From contig JAFTKK010000064.1 in assembly GCA_017453325.1 (NCBI GenBank), positions 926 through 64,925 on the forward strand: a stretch of DNA of 64,000 nucleotides. The letters are read 5' to 3'. The notes beneath the pieces were generated by a model, which was given only the letters and a program-made list of their open reading frames with translations, ran no database searches and was not told the DNA's origin. The position numbers and the translations under genes are program-made. Numbering within the stretch: the stretch's first letter is position 1; each line of letters opens with the position of its first letter. Positions 1-10,032 of this stretch are shown here, piece after piece. Origin of the DNA: Clostridia bacterium. GTDB lineage: Bacteria > Bacillota > Clostridia > Oscillospirales > CAG-272.

Positions 1-304
1 AGTTGGCTGCCTGCTCGGGGAAAAGCCCCGTGTGCTTGAAGCCCATGGGTTTAATGAGGAAAGTGAGATCGCGATATTGAATCGTCCATTGCTCGGGCAG
101 ACGGTTCTGCTTCCACGCACCGCCCCCCGCTGAGGAACGGCGGTAAACGGCATCGGCGCGCTTCCACGCGGGATGCGCGGCTACACCGTGCCAAATAATT
201 TGCGGGTCGGGACGCACGAGAATATATTTCCCCCAGCGCTCCAGTCTCTCGCCGTCGGAGGTGTCGAGTAATTCGTAATCTTTCCAATGCTCGGTATAAA
301 ACAT
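1..304 (-). CDS. class I SAM-dependent methyltransferase (RlmI/PF10672-like), N-terminal part; gene runs off the left edge
   Basis: My own translation of the edge-open minus frame from ATG 304 gives MFYTEHWKDYELLDTSDGERLERWGKYILVRPDPQIIW...LIKPMGFKHTGLFPEQAAN. GGAGAG RBS 6 nt upstream. Absent from the ORF track because there is no stop inside the window. Confidence 0.55.
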   Translation of the reverse strand, partial: MFYTEHWKDYELLDTSDGERLERWGKYILVRPDPQIIWHGVAAHPAWKRADAVYRRSSAGGGAWKQNRLPEQWTIQYRDLTFLIKPMGFKHTGLFPEQAAN

Positions 305-319
305 ATCTGCTCTCCAAAA

Positions 320-817
320 TCAGTTATTGAAATATTTTGCCATACGAGATGCGCCGCTATGGCCATGGCAGACCGCAATGGCCAACGCATCGGCAGTATC
401 ATCGGGCTTCGGGGGCTCCTTCAGCCCCAAAATGCTTGTCACCATCGTGATGACCTGCTTTTTCTCGGCACGGCCGTATCCCACCACCGCTTGCTTGACC
501 TGCAAGGGTGTATATTCGGCAATCCGTAAGCCCTTTTGCTCACCGCAAAGCAGCACGATGCCGCGCGCCTCTGCAACACGAATGCCTGTGGTTATGTTGG
601 TGTTGAAAAACAATTCCTCCACCGCCATTTCTTCAGGGTGAAAGTGATCGATAATGGTGTTGAGATCTCGGTAGATCCCCGCCAAGCGTTCCTCGGTGCG
701 CGTGCCCGCAGGTGTCCGAATAGCGCCGTAGCCAAGCGTTTTGAACTTTCCTGCGCGGTAATCCACCACGCCCCAGCCGACAATGGCAAGTCCCGGGTCA
801 ATGCCGAGGATGATCAT
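320..817 (-). CDS. ruvC: crossover junction endodeoxyribonuclease RuvC
   Basis: MIILGIDPGLAIVGWGVV...EELFF...DTADALAIAVCH is the RuvC catalytic pattern. Start moved to ATG 817, behind a GGAAGGAG RBS. Confidence 0.9.
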   Translation of the reverse strand: MIILGIDPGLAIVGWGVVDYRAGKFKTLGYGAIRTPAGTRTEERLAGIYRDLNTIIDHFHPEEMAVEELFFNTNITTGIRVAEARGIVLLCGEQKGLRIAEYTPLQVKQAVVGYGRAEKKQVITMVTSILGLKEPPKPDDTADALAIAVCHGHSGASRMAKYFNN

Positions 818-913
818 CACTTCATCTCCTTCCAAAAATAGATAATATATTATATCATATTTTTGTGCGCACGTAAAGGTATTTTTCAAATAATAAAAAA
901 ATATTATTACTAC

Positions 914-942
914 TTTACAGAAATCGGAAAATGTGCTATACT
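914..942 (+). promoter_or_regulatory. sigma-A-type promoter TTTACA-17-TGcTATACT
   Basis: -35 at 914-919, 17-nt spacer, extended -10 at 937-942, about 48 nt upstream of the DUF951 ATG. Confidence 0.5.
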
Positions 943-990
943 GAAATGTAACGACAAACCAACAGCCGCAAGCTCTTTAAGGAGGACATT

Positions 991-1200
991 ATGCAGATCA
1001 TCAAGCTTTTTCCCGGCATGACCGTGGAGCTGAAAAAGCCGCACCCCTGTGGCGCGCGCCTTTTCAAAATTCTGCGCGTTGGCAGCATTTGCCGTGTGGT
1101 CTGTGCAGGCTGCGGGCGCGACATGGATATCGACCGCTTGAAGCTGGAAAAATCCATCAAGCGCATCCCCGGAGGAGTGCAGAACAACCCCGAAAATTAA
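991..1200 (+). CDS. DUF951 family small protein
   Basis: 69 aa with LKKPHPCG...C..CGR motifs typical of DUF951. AAGGAGG RBS. Confidence 0.7.
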   Translation: MQIIKLFPGMTVELKKPHPCGARLFKILRVGSICRVVCAGCGRDMDIDRLKLEKSIKRIPGGVQNNPEN

Positions 1201-1281
1201 GGACCGATTTAAACAAATAATAGACCGATATTTATTGTTTTTTGATATTTAAAGCGATTTTTTAACCAAAAAGGAGAAAAT

Positions 1282-1908
1282 ATGTTTCATTACATCAGCG
1301 GACCTCTCGCCGCACTTTTGAACGGTGCCGCAGTGGTTGACGCGGGCGGTGTCGGCTTCAAGCTGACGGTCAGCAACAATACTTTAGATAAGATCTCCCC
1401 TGCCGTCGGCAGCGGCGAAAAGGTCAAATTATATACACACCTTGCCGTGCGCGAGGATGACATGGAGCTTTTCGGCTTTGCCACCGAGAGTGAGCTTGAA
1501 ACCTTCCGCTTACTGATCACGGTGTCGGGCGTGGGGCCCAAGGCGGCAATGTCTATCCTTTCTTCCTTTACCCCCGAAAAATTTGCCCTGGCCGTTTGCA
1601 CAGAGGACAAGAAGATCATTGCACGCGCCAACGGCATTGGCCCCAAGACCGCCGCGCGTATCATTCTCGAGCTGCGCGACAAGATGGCTGCGGGCGCAGC
1701 GCTTCCCTCCGCTTTTGAAGCAGCAAGTGCTGCGGTGCCCACCCCGATCGGTGCCGCCGGCGCCGGCGGCAAGATGAGCGAGGCACAGGAAGCCCTGCTG
1801 GTGCTCGGCTATAACCGCACAGAGATACTCACCGTCCTTGGCGGCATTGACACGGCCAACCTCGAGGTGGAAGATATTATTCGTGCAGCCTTGAAAAAAC
1901 TGATGTAA
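1282..1908 (+). CDS. ruvA: Holliday junction branch migration protein RuvA
   Basis: N-terminal OB fold, HhH region (LITVSGVGPKAAMSIL, ANGIGPKTAARII) and C-terminal domain III. Lies directly upstream of ruvB. Confidence 0.9.
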   Translation: MFHYISGPLAALLNGAAVVDAGGVGFKLTVSNNTLDKISPAVGSGEKVKLYTHLAVREDDMELFGFATESELETFRLLITVSGVGPKAAMSILSSFTPEKFALAVCTEDKKIIARANGIGPKTAARIILELRDKMAAGAALPSAFEAASAAVPTPIGAAGAGGKMSEAQEALLVLGYNRTEILTVLGGIDTANLEVEDIIRAALKKLM

Positions 1909-1919
1909 GGAGAGCGTAA

Positions 1920-3017
1920 ATGGATTTTAATCTGGGCATGGATTTTACCTCCGCCGACAATGAATTTGACTTTGAAAACCGTATTCTCTCCACGGGCGAA
2001 ACGAAGGAGGACACGGGCGAGGTTTCGCTGCGTCCCAAAACGCTTGCCGACTACGTAGGCCAGGAAAAGGTGAAGGAGAACCTCAAGGTCTACATTGATG
2101 CCGCCAAAAAACGCGGTGACAGCCTTGACCACGTGCTGCTCTACGGCCCTCCCGGCCTTGGTAAAACAACTCTTTCCAATATTATTGCAAATGAAATGGG
2201 CGTCAACATTCGCGTCACCTCCGGCCCCGCCATTGAAAAGCAGGGCGATCTTGCAGCGCTCCTCACCAATCTCTCAGAGGGAGACGTGCTCTTTATTGAT
2301 GAGATCCACCGTCTTTCCCGTGCCGTGGAGGAGATTCTCTATCCTGCCATGGAGGACTACGCGCTTGATATCATCATCGGCAAAGGTCCTGCTGCACGCA
2401 GCATCCGCATCGACCTGCCCCGCTTTACCCTCATTGGTGCCACCACACGCGCGGGTCAGCTCAGCACACCCTTACGTGACCGCTTTGGCGTGATGCTCAA
2501 GCTTGAGCTTTACACGCCCGAGGAGCTTGCCTTGATCGTGCGCCGCAGCGCCGATCTGTTAGGGCTCTCCATTTCCGATGACGGCGCGATTGAGATTGCC
2601 TCGCGCTCGCGAGGAACGCCGCGTATTGCCAACCGACTTCTCAAGCGCGTGCGCGATTTTGCGCAGATCAAGGGCGACGGTGCCATCACCTCGGATATTG
2701 CCAATTATGCACTTGAAAAGCTTGAAATTGACGAGCTGGGGCTTGACAACATCGACCGCCGCATGCTGCAAACCATTATCAAGTTTTACGACGGAGGCCC
2801 CGTGGGCCTTGAGACCCTTGCCGCCACCATCGGCGAGGAGGCCATTACCCTCGAGGACGTCTACGAGCCCTATCTCATGCAAATCGGCTTTCTCTCCCGC
2901 ACGCCGCGCGGCAGATGCGTGACGCGCCTGGCGTACGAGCACCTGGGGCTTCCCTATCGAAACGTCACCAAGCAGGGCGAGCAACTCGGCTTCTTTGACC
3001 CGCCAAACGGAAAATAA
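1920..3017 (+). CDS. ruvB: Holliday junction DNA helicase RuvB
   Basis: [12 protein letters not shown], Walker [27 protein letters not shown]. Confidence 0.95.
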   Translation: MDFNLGMDFTSADNEFDFENRILSTGETKEDTGEVSLRPKTLADYVGQEKVKENLKVYIDAAKKRGDSLDHVLLYGPPGLGKTTLSNIIANEMGVNIRVTSGPAIEKQGDLAALLTNLSEGDVLFIDEIHRLSRAVEEILYPAMEDYALDIIIGKGPAARSIRIDLPRFTLIGATTRAGQLSTPLRDRFGVMLKLELYTPEELALIVRRSADLLGLSISDDGAIEIASRSRGTPRIANRLLKRVRDFAQIKGDGAITSDIANYALEKLEIDELGLDNIDRRMLQTIIKFYDGGPVGLETLAATIGEEAITLEDVYEPYLMQIGFLSRTPRGRCVTRLAYEHLGLPYRNVTKQGEQLGFFDPPNGK

Positions 3018-3034
3018 GTGCGATATCGTCCCCC

Positions 3035-3085
3035 AAAAAACAAGAAAGCCCCGTGCGATTTTCATTAGAAAATCGCACGGGGCTT
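3035..3085 (-). terminator. rho-independent terminator between convergent ruvB and the M14-like gene
   Basis: 17-bp stem AAGCCCCGTGCGATTTT/AAAATCGCACGGGGCTT at 3046-3085. The minus-strand reading is followed by TCTTGTTTTTT. Confidence 0.7.
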
Positions 3086-3092
3086 ATTGCTA

Positions 3093-3992
3093 TTATAGCA
3101 TAAACGGAAAGGTGAACAGGGGGCGGCGCAGGGTGTCGTAAAAGAGGGTGCGCGCCTTTTGGTGCGAGTGCTTTTCTGCGTCAAGCGAGAGCGTATACGC
3201 GGGGCGCGAAAGGTTCTCGATGCACCAATCGGGAAGCGTGCCGCTTGGTACCGTCATCACGGGCGTAGGATCTCGGAAGCCCATGGCGCGGCCGAGAATT
3301 CTGCCGGCCGCCATGGTTTTGGCCGAGAGCTTATCACGGCAGCTACAGGTAATTTGTGCGGCTCCCAGCCGCAGCTCAATGAGGCCCTGCAGATCCTCAC
3401 CGTAGCCATGCAAAAGGCGGCAGATCGCCGCGCTTTCTGGCTCGCTTTCGGGATATTCGCCGCCAAATCCGTGGGGGCCGCCACCGATCACGCCGTTTTT
3501 TTGCTCCAACGCCTTCACGGAAGCAAAGCCGACGCGGTAATTGTGGCCGAGATCCACGCCGCGTGCATTCGCCTGCCAGTCCGAAAAATCCTCACTGCCG
3601 TTCATACGGCAAACGCGCTCAAAAAGCGGATTTTCCGCCGTCACCCCCTCCGTAGCATAGGAAATACCGTCGGGGTTCAGCATCGGTATCACCACGATGC
3701 GCCTTTCACCAAACAAATATGGCAGGCCGATATCAAAAATTTTCGACCGCTTCTTGTATTGCTCGCTATAATCCTTGATAAAATCGAAAAGCAGCATTGA
3801 GATCAAGGCCTCACCTCCACCAATGCCGCCAATGAACACCACGGCCTTTTTCCCCTGCCCCAATGTAAAAACGGGAATTTCCCTTCCCAAAATCGAACGG
3901 GTCAGGATGCTGCCCTGCACACCGCAATACGCCTGTGCCTGTTCTGCAATATGAGCAAGCGCACCGTATCCGTCATTGCAATCTGTTGCCAT
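3093..3992 (-). CDS. M14 zinc-carboxypeptidase / gamma-D-glutamyl-diamino-acid endopeptidase I-like protein, probably catalytically degenerate
   Basis: M14 landmarks present: PMLNPDG, ARGVDLGHNY, YPESEPES. The HxxE position reads GGGE and the second His-ligand region reads ELRLGAAQI. Start moved to ATG 3992, behind GGGAGGTGA. Confidence 0.65.
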   Translation of the reverse strand: MATDCNDGYGALAHIAEQAQAYCGVQGSILTRSILGREIPVFTLGQGKKAVVFIGGIGGGEALISMLLFDFIKDYSEQYKKRSKIFDIGLPYLFGERRIVVIPMLNPDGISYATEGVTAENPLFERVCRMNGSEDFSDWQANARGVDLGHNYRVGFASVKALEQKNGVIGGGPHGFGGEYPESEPESAAICRLLHGYGEDLQGLIELRLGAAQITCSCRDKLSAKTMAAGRILGRAMGFRDPTPVMTVPSGTLPDWCIENLSRPAYTLSLDAEKHSHQKARTLFYDTLRRPLFTFPFML

Positions 3993-4109
3993 CCACTCAC
4001 CTCCCATACTGTTTATCTTATGCAAGAATTTACCAAATATGCAAAAAGGATTTGCAATTTTGCTTGATTTGTGGTAAGATGTTAATATATTTCACGTGGG
4101 GAGATCATT

Positions 4110-4862
4110 ATGCCGAAAAAATTTCTCAAAACCGCAGCAATCACCGTTTTTCTCGCAATGGCACTATACGCGTTGATACTGGTACCCGCTTACGAGATCA
4201 TTGCCTGTGACATCATGCTCATGGATACGCTGCTCTTTGATGCCGTGGATCTCGTGATGCAATGGGTGGAGATCTTTGCGTTGGTGCTGATCTGCGCTTT
4301 TCTTGCCGTGGGTGTTCACCGCGCGGGGCACGCCAAGGCCTGCCGCACGCTTTATGTTCTGCTTGGCGGTGCGCTTGTTTTTAAATACGTGGGGGCGATC
4401 CTGGCGCTCTCTGTGGTGCACGGCGCCTTTGACACGACACTCAGCTACGGCAGCTATGCGGTCTCCTTACTTCTTGAGCTGATTCCCGCCGCGCTTACCG
4501 TTTATCTCACGCATCGCTACACCACGGCAACACGCCGCGAAAATGCCGCAAAGGAAAAGGCGGCTGCCACGCTTGGCGTGCCCTTTACCCCCGCAGCCTC
4601 CCCCATTCCCTTTGCGCGCCTGTTTGACCGCACCAATCCTCTGCAAAAGGCGGCATACATCGTGCTTGGCGTGCTTACCGGCATTCGTTTTCTGGCCTTT
4701 GTGGCATCGGAGATCGCCTTTAGTATGATGGGCTTTGCCTATCAGCTCTCGGATCTGCCCGTCACCCTCATCTATTGCTTGCTGCTGGTGCTGCTTCCCG
4801 CATTTATCGGCTATATTCTCTATTTTTACACCGTACGCCTGGCGGATAAGCACTATCGCTAA
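4110..4862 (+). CDS. hypothetical polytopic membrane protein
   Basis: 250 aa with about 6 hydrophobic helices and a GGGGAG RBS. No recognisable family motif. Confidence 0.5.
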   Translation: MPKKFLKTAAITVFLAMALYALILVPAYEIIACDIMLMDTLLFDAVDLVMQWVEIFALVLICAFLAVGVHRAGHAKACRTLYVLLGGALVFKYVGAILALSVVHGAFDTTLSYGSYAVSLLLELIPAALTVYLTHRYTTATRRENAAKEKAAATLGVPFTPAASPIPFARLFDRTNPLQKAAYIVLGVLTGIRFLAFVASEIAFSMMGFAYQLSDLPVTLIYCLLLVLLPAFIGYILYFYTVRLADKHYR

Positions 4863-4883
4863 GGGCCAATCCGGCAACATCCG

Positions 4884-4922
4884 AAAAAAGCGCTTATGGC
4901 AAAAGCCGTAAGCGCTTTTAAT
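4884..4922. terminator. bidirectional terminator hairpin
   Basis: AAAGCGCTTATGGC-AAAA-GCCGTAAGCGCTTT, flanked by an A-run and a T-run, between the convergent membrane-protein gene and glmM. Confidence 0.65.
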
Positions 4923-6269
4923 TTATTTTTCCTGCAAAAAGCCCTCCGCCCCAATGACAGCGGCTATTTTTTCGGTCAGGCTTTGACAAAGCGAGTCCTC
5001 TGCAGCCTCAACCATCACACGTATGACGGGCTCGGTACCGCTTTCGCGCAGGATCACACGCCCCGTGTTCCCCAGCATCTCGCGCACCTCCGTCACCGCC
5101 GCCTGCACGGCCGCATTGCTGCTCACCGCCCGCTTATCTTTGACACGCAAATTGCAGGTATGCTGCGGTAAAAGCGTGAGGGCCGACGCCAGTGCAGCGA
5201 GCGACTTTCCTGCCCGCGCAGCGGCGGCAAGCAAACGAAGGGCCGTGAGAAACCCGTCACCCGTCACGTGATCGGCAAAAATAATGTGCCCCGCCTGCTC
5301 CCCTCCAAGCGAAAAATCGCCCTCGCGCATTTTTTCCGTCACAAAGCGATCTCCAACGGCACTCTCTACCGTAGTCCCCCCCATCGCCTGCAAAGCCCTT
5401 GTAAGCCCGAAATTTGACATCACGGTGACAACCACGGTGTCCCGCTTCAGCTTTCCGCGCGCTTTGAGGTCATTTGCAAGAATATAAAGCATATGGTCGC
5501 CGTTGAGTACCGCCCCTTCGGCCGTGACGGCAATGCAGCGATCGGCATCTCCGTCAAAGGCGAAGCCGACGTCAAGCGAATGCGCGTGCACGTGCTCCGT
5601 AAGTGCCTCGATGTGCAGTGCGCCCGCACCACGATTGATATTGGTGCCGTCGGGCTTGGTGTGAATGGGATAGACATCGGCACCGAGCGCCGCAAACAGT
5701 GCCGGCGCCAGCGCCGAGGCCGCACCGTTTGCTGCATCAAGCCCAACGCGTAAGCCATCAAGTCTGACCCCCGCCTGCGAGATCAAATATGAAAGATATC
5801 GCTCACGTGCTGCGCCATGATCGTACACTCTGCCAATCTCACTTCCCGTGGCAAAGGGGAGCGTGAGATGGGGAGCACCGTCAAGATAGCGTTCGATCTC
5901 ATCGGTCAAGGCATCGTCTGCCTTTGCCCCATCGGGGCCGATCAGCTTGATGCCGTTATCTTGATAGGGGTTATGGCTGGCAGTGATCATCACGCCAAGA
6001 TCGAAACCCTCAGCTGCCACCGTGTAACAAAGGTTTGGCGTGGTAGTCACGTGCAGCACATAGGCGTCTGCCCCCGAGGCCGTAAGCCCTGCGATCAGGG
6101 CATATTCAAGCATATAACAAGAAAGCCGCGTATCCTTTCCCACCGCTACACGCAGGCGGCGTCCCGCGCCGCTTGCACCCAAAAATCTGCCGATGCGATA
6201 GGCGTGTGTGGCGGTCAGCGTCACGCCCGCCTCGCCGCGAAAGCCATCCGTTCCGAAATATTTTCCCAT
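4923..6269 (-). CDS. glmM: phosphoglucosamine mutase
   Basis: MGKYFGTDGFRG start, phosphoserine loop TASHNPYQDNGIK, DGDADR. Start at ATG 6269, behind AGGGAGGG. Confidence 0.9.
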   Translation of the reverse strand: MGKYFGTDGFRGEAGVTLTATHAYRIGRFLGASGAGRRLRVAVGKDTRLSCYMLEYALIAGLTASGADAYVLHVTTTPNLCYTVAAEGFDLGVMITASHNPYQDNGIKLIGPDGAKADDALTDEIERYLDGAPHLTLPFATGSEIGRVYDHGAARERYLSYLISQAGVRLDGLRVGLDAANGAASALAPALFAALGADVYPIHTKPDGTNINRGAGALHIEALTEHVHAHSLDVGFAFDGDADRCIAVTAEGAVLNGDHMLYILANDLKARGKLKRDTVVVTVMSNFGLTRALQAMGGTTVESAVGDRFVTEKMREGDFSLGGEQAGHIIFADHVTGDGFLTALRLLAAAARAGKSLAALASALTLLPQHTCNLRVKDKRAVSSNAAVQAAVTEVREMLGNTGRVILRESGTEPVIRVMVEAAEDSLCQSLTEKIAAVIGAEGFLQEK

Positions 6270-6342
6270 ATCTTTGCCCTCCCTTGATAAAAGCTCCATT
6301 TTACAGAATAGCAATCAAGGGGCAAAATGTGACTGCTTTTAC

Positions 6343-6376
6343 GCAAAAATAGGGCGGCCGGCATAGCCGGCCGCCC
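6343..6376 (-). terminator. rho-independent terminator of rqcH
   Basis: AGGGCGGCCGG-CTAT-GCCGGCCGCCCT, followed by ATTTTTG on the minus strand. Confidence 0.75.
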
Positions 6377-6395
6377 TGCTGCGGGGGTAATAAAT

Positions 6396-8159
6396 TTACT
6401 TCACACGCAGCCGAGCAACTGCCTCCTTATCGGGGGAGACAATGGCGCTCCAGTTGGTGTGATAAATAACGTATCCGGGCTTCGCACCGGGGGTTTTCTT
6501 CAGGTTACGCACCGTGGTGTAATCCACCTCTGTTTGGGGTGCGCCCTCCGCGGCCGAGTAAATGGCGGCGATGGAAGCAGCCTCGGTGAAATCCTTGGCG
6601 GGTGGCTCTTCTCTGCCCTCAAGCAGCATGACCACGTGAGAGCCCGGCATATTTTTGGCATGGAACCAATAATCGTTTTTGGTAGCCAGCTTATGCGTAA
6701 TATACTCGTTTTGCAGATTGTTTTTGCCGCAAAGCACACGGTAGCCGCTTGTCGTGCGGTACTCGGCAAAGGCGGGGGCATTGGTGCCGCGTCCCTTTCG
6801 CTCCTGCGTCTTCACGCGCGAGGCATAACCGCTTTTGGCAAGCTCCTCGCGGATCTCTAAGAGGTCTGTCGGCGTTTCAGCGGTCAGAAGAGCCGTGTTG
6901 ACGGTTTCAAGATAAGCAAGCTCGGCCTCGCCGATGGCGATCTGCTTGGTAAGCTCCACCTGCGCGGTTTTGCTTTTGGTATACTTTTTATAATAGCGCT
7001 GGGCATTGGCCGTGGGCGAAAGGCGTCCGTCAAGCTCAACCTCCACCGTGCCAAAGCTGCCGTCCTCTCGATAGTCCTCATAATCAATCAAGGAAACGCG
7101 CGTTTCGCCGCGCTGCAAGGCATAGCAATTGGCGACGATAAGGTCACCCATGCGCTTATACTCCTCGCCCTTGGCGCAATCGGCAAGCTCGGCGCGCTGC
7201 AGCTCCAGCTTATGGGATATGCGCGTGCGCGCGCTACTTAAAAGATGCAAAATATCGGTGGCGCGCTGCTTCACGCGCGTTTCCTTATCACGTGTACCAA
7301 ACCACACGTCAAGCAACAGGGAGGGGCTCTCAAAGCTGCGATGATCCCCGTACTGCGTGAGGGGCAAAAAGGCATATTCACGCGGCATGCCGCGCTCATC
7401 CGTGACAAGCGAAGGAGAAAAGCGCGCAGCGCCCACATCGGCAAACACGGTGGCAAACACCGCAAAGAGCCGTTCGCACGGGATGGCACAAAGCGGCGTG
7501 TCGGTTTCGCCCGTCGTGCGGAACACGATCTCGCGCGCCACGGTAGCCGAGGTGCCGAGGAAGGTAGCGGTGATCCACTTATCGGCCGGTCGCTCACCGC
7601 CTGCGGCGTAAAGTGCGGCAAAGGCCTTGGCGTCTACCTCCAAGGGGTTGGTTTTATCCTGCGGGGGCGGCAGCTCGTAGCGCATACCGGGCAGCACTTG
7701 CCTTAGGGTACTGGTGGTAAAATCAACGGGACGCAACACCGCCGTGATCTTCCCCTCCCCATCGGTAAAAATGAGGTTACTGTACTTGCCCATCATTTCG
7801 GTGATGAGACGACATTTGGTGGGAAAGCCCATTTCATCACGGGTATCCCACTCGGTCACCAACACGCGCTCAAAGCCCTCCTGCCACACGCGCGAAAGAC
7901 GCGCACCCGACAGGCGCTTGCGCAGCAGCATACAAAACTGCGGCGGATTTTGGGGATTTTCAAGCGGGATTTCGGTAAAGCCGATACGGGGGTTGGCGGA
8001 GCCCGCATTGATCAGCAAGCGTTTGCCACCCGCGAAGGTACGCATCTGGAGCACCACGGCATCACGCTCGGGCTGATAGACCTTTTCCACGGCGGCGCCG
8101 ATGGCGGTCTCTTTCAATTCTGCTGCAACGGCGGCGAGAAATCCTGCATCAAATGCCAT
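6396..8159 (-). CDS. rqcH: NFACT-family ribosome quality control protein (RqcH / fibronectin-binding protein A homolog)
   Basis: 587 aa. N-terminus MAFDAGFLAAVAAEL...KVYQPERD..., C-terminal NFACT-R-like WFHAKNMPGSHVV. Confidence 0.85.
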   Translation of the reverse strand: MAFDAGFLAAVAAELKETAIGAAVEKVYQPERDAVVLQMRTFAGGKRLLINAGSANPRIGFTEIPLENPQNPPQFCMLLRKRLSGARLSRVWQEGFERVLVTEWDTRDEMGFPTKCRLITEMMGKYSNLIFTDGEGKITAVLRPVDFTTSTLRQVLPGMRYELPPPQDKTNPLEVDAKAFAALYAAGGERPADKWITATFLGTSATVAREIVFRTTGETDTPLCAIPCERLFAVFATVFADVGAARFSPSLVTDERGMPREYAFLPLTQYGDHRSFESPSLLLDVWFGTRDKETRVKQRATDILHLLSSARTRISHKLELQRAELADCAKGEEYKRMGDLIVANCYALQRGETRVSLIDYEDYREDGSFGTVEVELDGRLSPTANAQRYYKKYTKSKTAQVELTKQIAIGEAELAYLETVNTALLTAETPTDLLEIREELAKSGYASRVKTQERKGRGTNAPAFAEYRTTSGYRVLCGKNNLQNEYITHKLATKNDYWFHAKNMPGSHVVMLLEGREEPPAKDFTEAASIAAIYSAAEGAPQTEVDYTTVRNLKKTPGAKPGYVIYHTNWSAIVSPDKEAVARLRVK

Positions 8160-8198
8160 GGTATCACTCCTTTCAAAAAAGCATTAGAATGGCGGATA

Positions 8199-9023
8199 TT
8201 ATTTGCCGTAAAGCTCTTGATCCACCTCGTCAAGCGACGGGAAGATATAGTCGGGGCGATCCTTTTCCTCGGCGCGCTCCACATCCTCCATTTTGGTCTC
8301 GCCCGACAGCACCAGCACGGCCGTCACGCCATGACGCTTGCCGACGGCAATGTCGGTATAAAGGCGGTCGCCGAAAATGCACATTTGGTCACAGGAGTAG
8401 CCCGTGGCCTCACAGATCATTTCAATGGTCTCGCGGTAGGGCTTGCCAAAGTAGGTAGGCACCTTGCCCGTGGAGGCCGTGACGAAGGCGGCAATGGCGC
8501 CGCTATCCGGAATGAAGCCGGTTTCCGTGGGACAATTGAAATCGGGATGCGTGGAAAGATACTCAGCGCCGCCGCGCACCAAGCGGCAGGCATTATCCAG
8601 CTTTTCATACGTAAGGGTGGTGTCAAAGCTGGTCACCACAATATCGGCGCTTTCCTCCTTGCCGGTCAGCATGGGGATATGGTTCTCACGGAAGTTCTCC
8701 ACCAGCTCATCGGTGCCGACAAGATAGACGGTCTTACCTGCGCGGTGACGCTTCAGATATTCAATGGTGACGTCGCCCGAGGTCATAATTTCCGAGGGGC
8801 TGGGAGAAAAGCCAAGCTTTTCGAGCTTATTTACGTAATAAGCCGTGGTGTGCGAGGCATTATTGGTGAAAAAAAGCACCTTTTTTCCTGCCGCGCGCAG
8901 ATTGTTGATAAAGCGAATGGCAAACGGAAAGACCTGAAAACCAAGATAAATGGTGCCATCCATATCGAAAATATAGAGCTCCTTATCAGCCAGGGCTGCC
9001 ATATCGGGATTTTTAAAATTCAT
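8199..9023 (-). CDS. HAD-IIA family hydrolase (NagD-like sugar phosphatase)
   Basis: IFDMDGTIYLG, FFTNNAS, GKP..., GDRLYTDI. Start moved to ATG 9023, behind GGGAGGA. Confidence 0.8.
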   Translation of the reverse strand: MNFKNPDMAALADKELYIFDMDGTIYLGFQVFPFAIRFINNLRAAGKKVLFFTNNASHTTAYYVNKLEKLGFSPSPSEIMTSGDVTIEYLKRHRAGKTVYLVGTDELVENFRENHIPMLTGKEESADIVVTSFDTTLTYEKLDNACRLVRGGAEYLSTHPDFNCPTETGFIPDSGAIAAFVTASTGKVPTYFGKPYRETIEMICEATGYSCDQMCIFGDRLYTDIAVGKRHGVTAVLVLSGETKMEDVERAEEKDRPDYIFPSLDEVDQELYGK

Positions 9024-9137
9024 GTGTTTTTCCTCCCATAACATACTTTAATTATGATAACACACTATTGATTTTTTTGCAAGGCTGTGCTACAATAATC
9101 TTTAGAACAAATTTTTTCACCAAAGGAGGCTGCCTTT

Positions 9138-9989
9138 ATGGGAAAAACCGTACTCGGTATTGACGTTGGCGGCAGCGCCACAAAAATAGTTGGATTTCGT
9201 GACATCGGAGGCAAGCAAGAGCTGATTGCCCCGCAATACGTACACGCAAACGATCCCCTCACCTCCATTTACGGGGCGTTTGGCAAATTCACCATGGAAA
9301 ACGGACTTGCCCTCAACGATATTGAGCGCGTCATGATGACGGGCGTTGGCTCTACCTTTGCCGAAAAGCCGCTTTACGAGGGGCTTGATTGCCGTGTGGT
9401 ACCCGAATTTGACAGCGTGGGGCGCGGCGGCCTTTATCTTTCGGGACTTGACGAGGCCATTGTGGTCAGCATGGGCACGGGCACGGCGCTGATCTACGCC
9501 AAGCGCCGGCAAAACAACGATGTGAAAATCGAGTATCTCGGCGGCACGGGTGTTGGCGGCGGTACGCTGATCGGCCTTTCGCGCCTGATGCTCGGCGTGG
9601 ATACCGTAGAGCATATCGAGCAGCTTGCAAAAGAGGGCGACCTTGGAAACATTGACCTGCGCATTGGCGATATGTCGCGCAAAAACCTGCACCCCGATAT
9701 GAACTTAGAGCTCACAGCCTCTAATTTCGGCAAGCTGAATGATCTTGCCGACAAAAACGATATTGCTCTTGGCATTGCCAATCTCGTTGGCGAGACCATC
9801 GGTATGCTTTCGGTTTTTGCCGCACGCAGCTATGGGCTTGACCGCGTGGTGCTGACGGGAAATCTCACAACTTTAGCACCGATTCGCCGCGTGTTTGAGA
9901 TCCTCGAACGCACCTTCCACATTCACTTTATTATTCCCGAAAACGCACAGTACGGCACCGTGATCGGCGCCGCACTCGGTAATATTTAA
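9138..9989 (+). CDS. coaW: type II pantothenate kinase
   Basis: GIDVGGSATKIV, SMGTGTA, GGTGVGGGTLIGL and DLTASNFG align to the staphylococcal CoaW pattern. Confidence 0.75.
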   Translation: MGKTVLGIDVGGSATKIVGFRDIGGKQELIAPQYVHANDPLTSIYGAFGKFTMENGLALNDIERVMMTGVGSTFAEKPLYEGLDCRVVPEFDSVGRGGLYLSGLDEAIVVSMGTGTALIYAKRRQNNDVKIEYLGGTGVGGGTLIGLSRLMLGVDTVEHIEQLAKEGDLGNIDLRIGDMSRKNLHPDMNLELTASNFGKLNDLADKNDIALGIANLVGETIGMLSVFAARSYGLDRVVLTGNLTTLAPIRRVFEILERTFHIHFIIPENAQYGTVIGAALGNI

Positions 9990-10031
9990 AAAAGCACGGG
10001 GAGAACTGAGTTCAGTTCTCCCCGTGTTTTT
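9988..10031. terminator. bidirectional terminator between coaW and lipoprotein paralog 1
   Basis: CACGGGGAGAACTGA/TCAGTTCTCCCCGTG stem, flanked by AAAAAAG and TTTTTG. Confidence 0.8.
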
Positions 10032-10032
10032 G

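Noticed and set aside
51-317. 88-aa Arg-rich ORF from the track at the left edge.
   Set aside because: A different minus-strand frame, open to the window edge and starting at ATG 304 behind an RBS, gives a sensible methyltransferase N-terminus. The listed ORF is an out-of-frame overlap.
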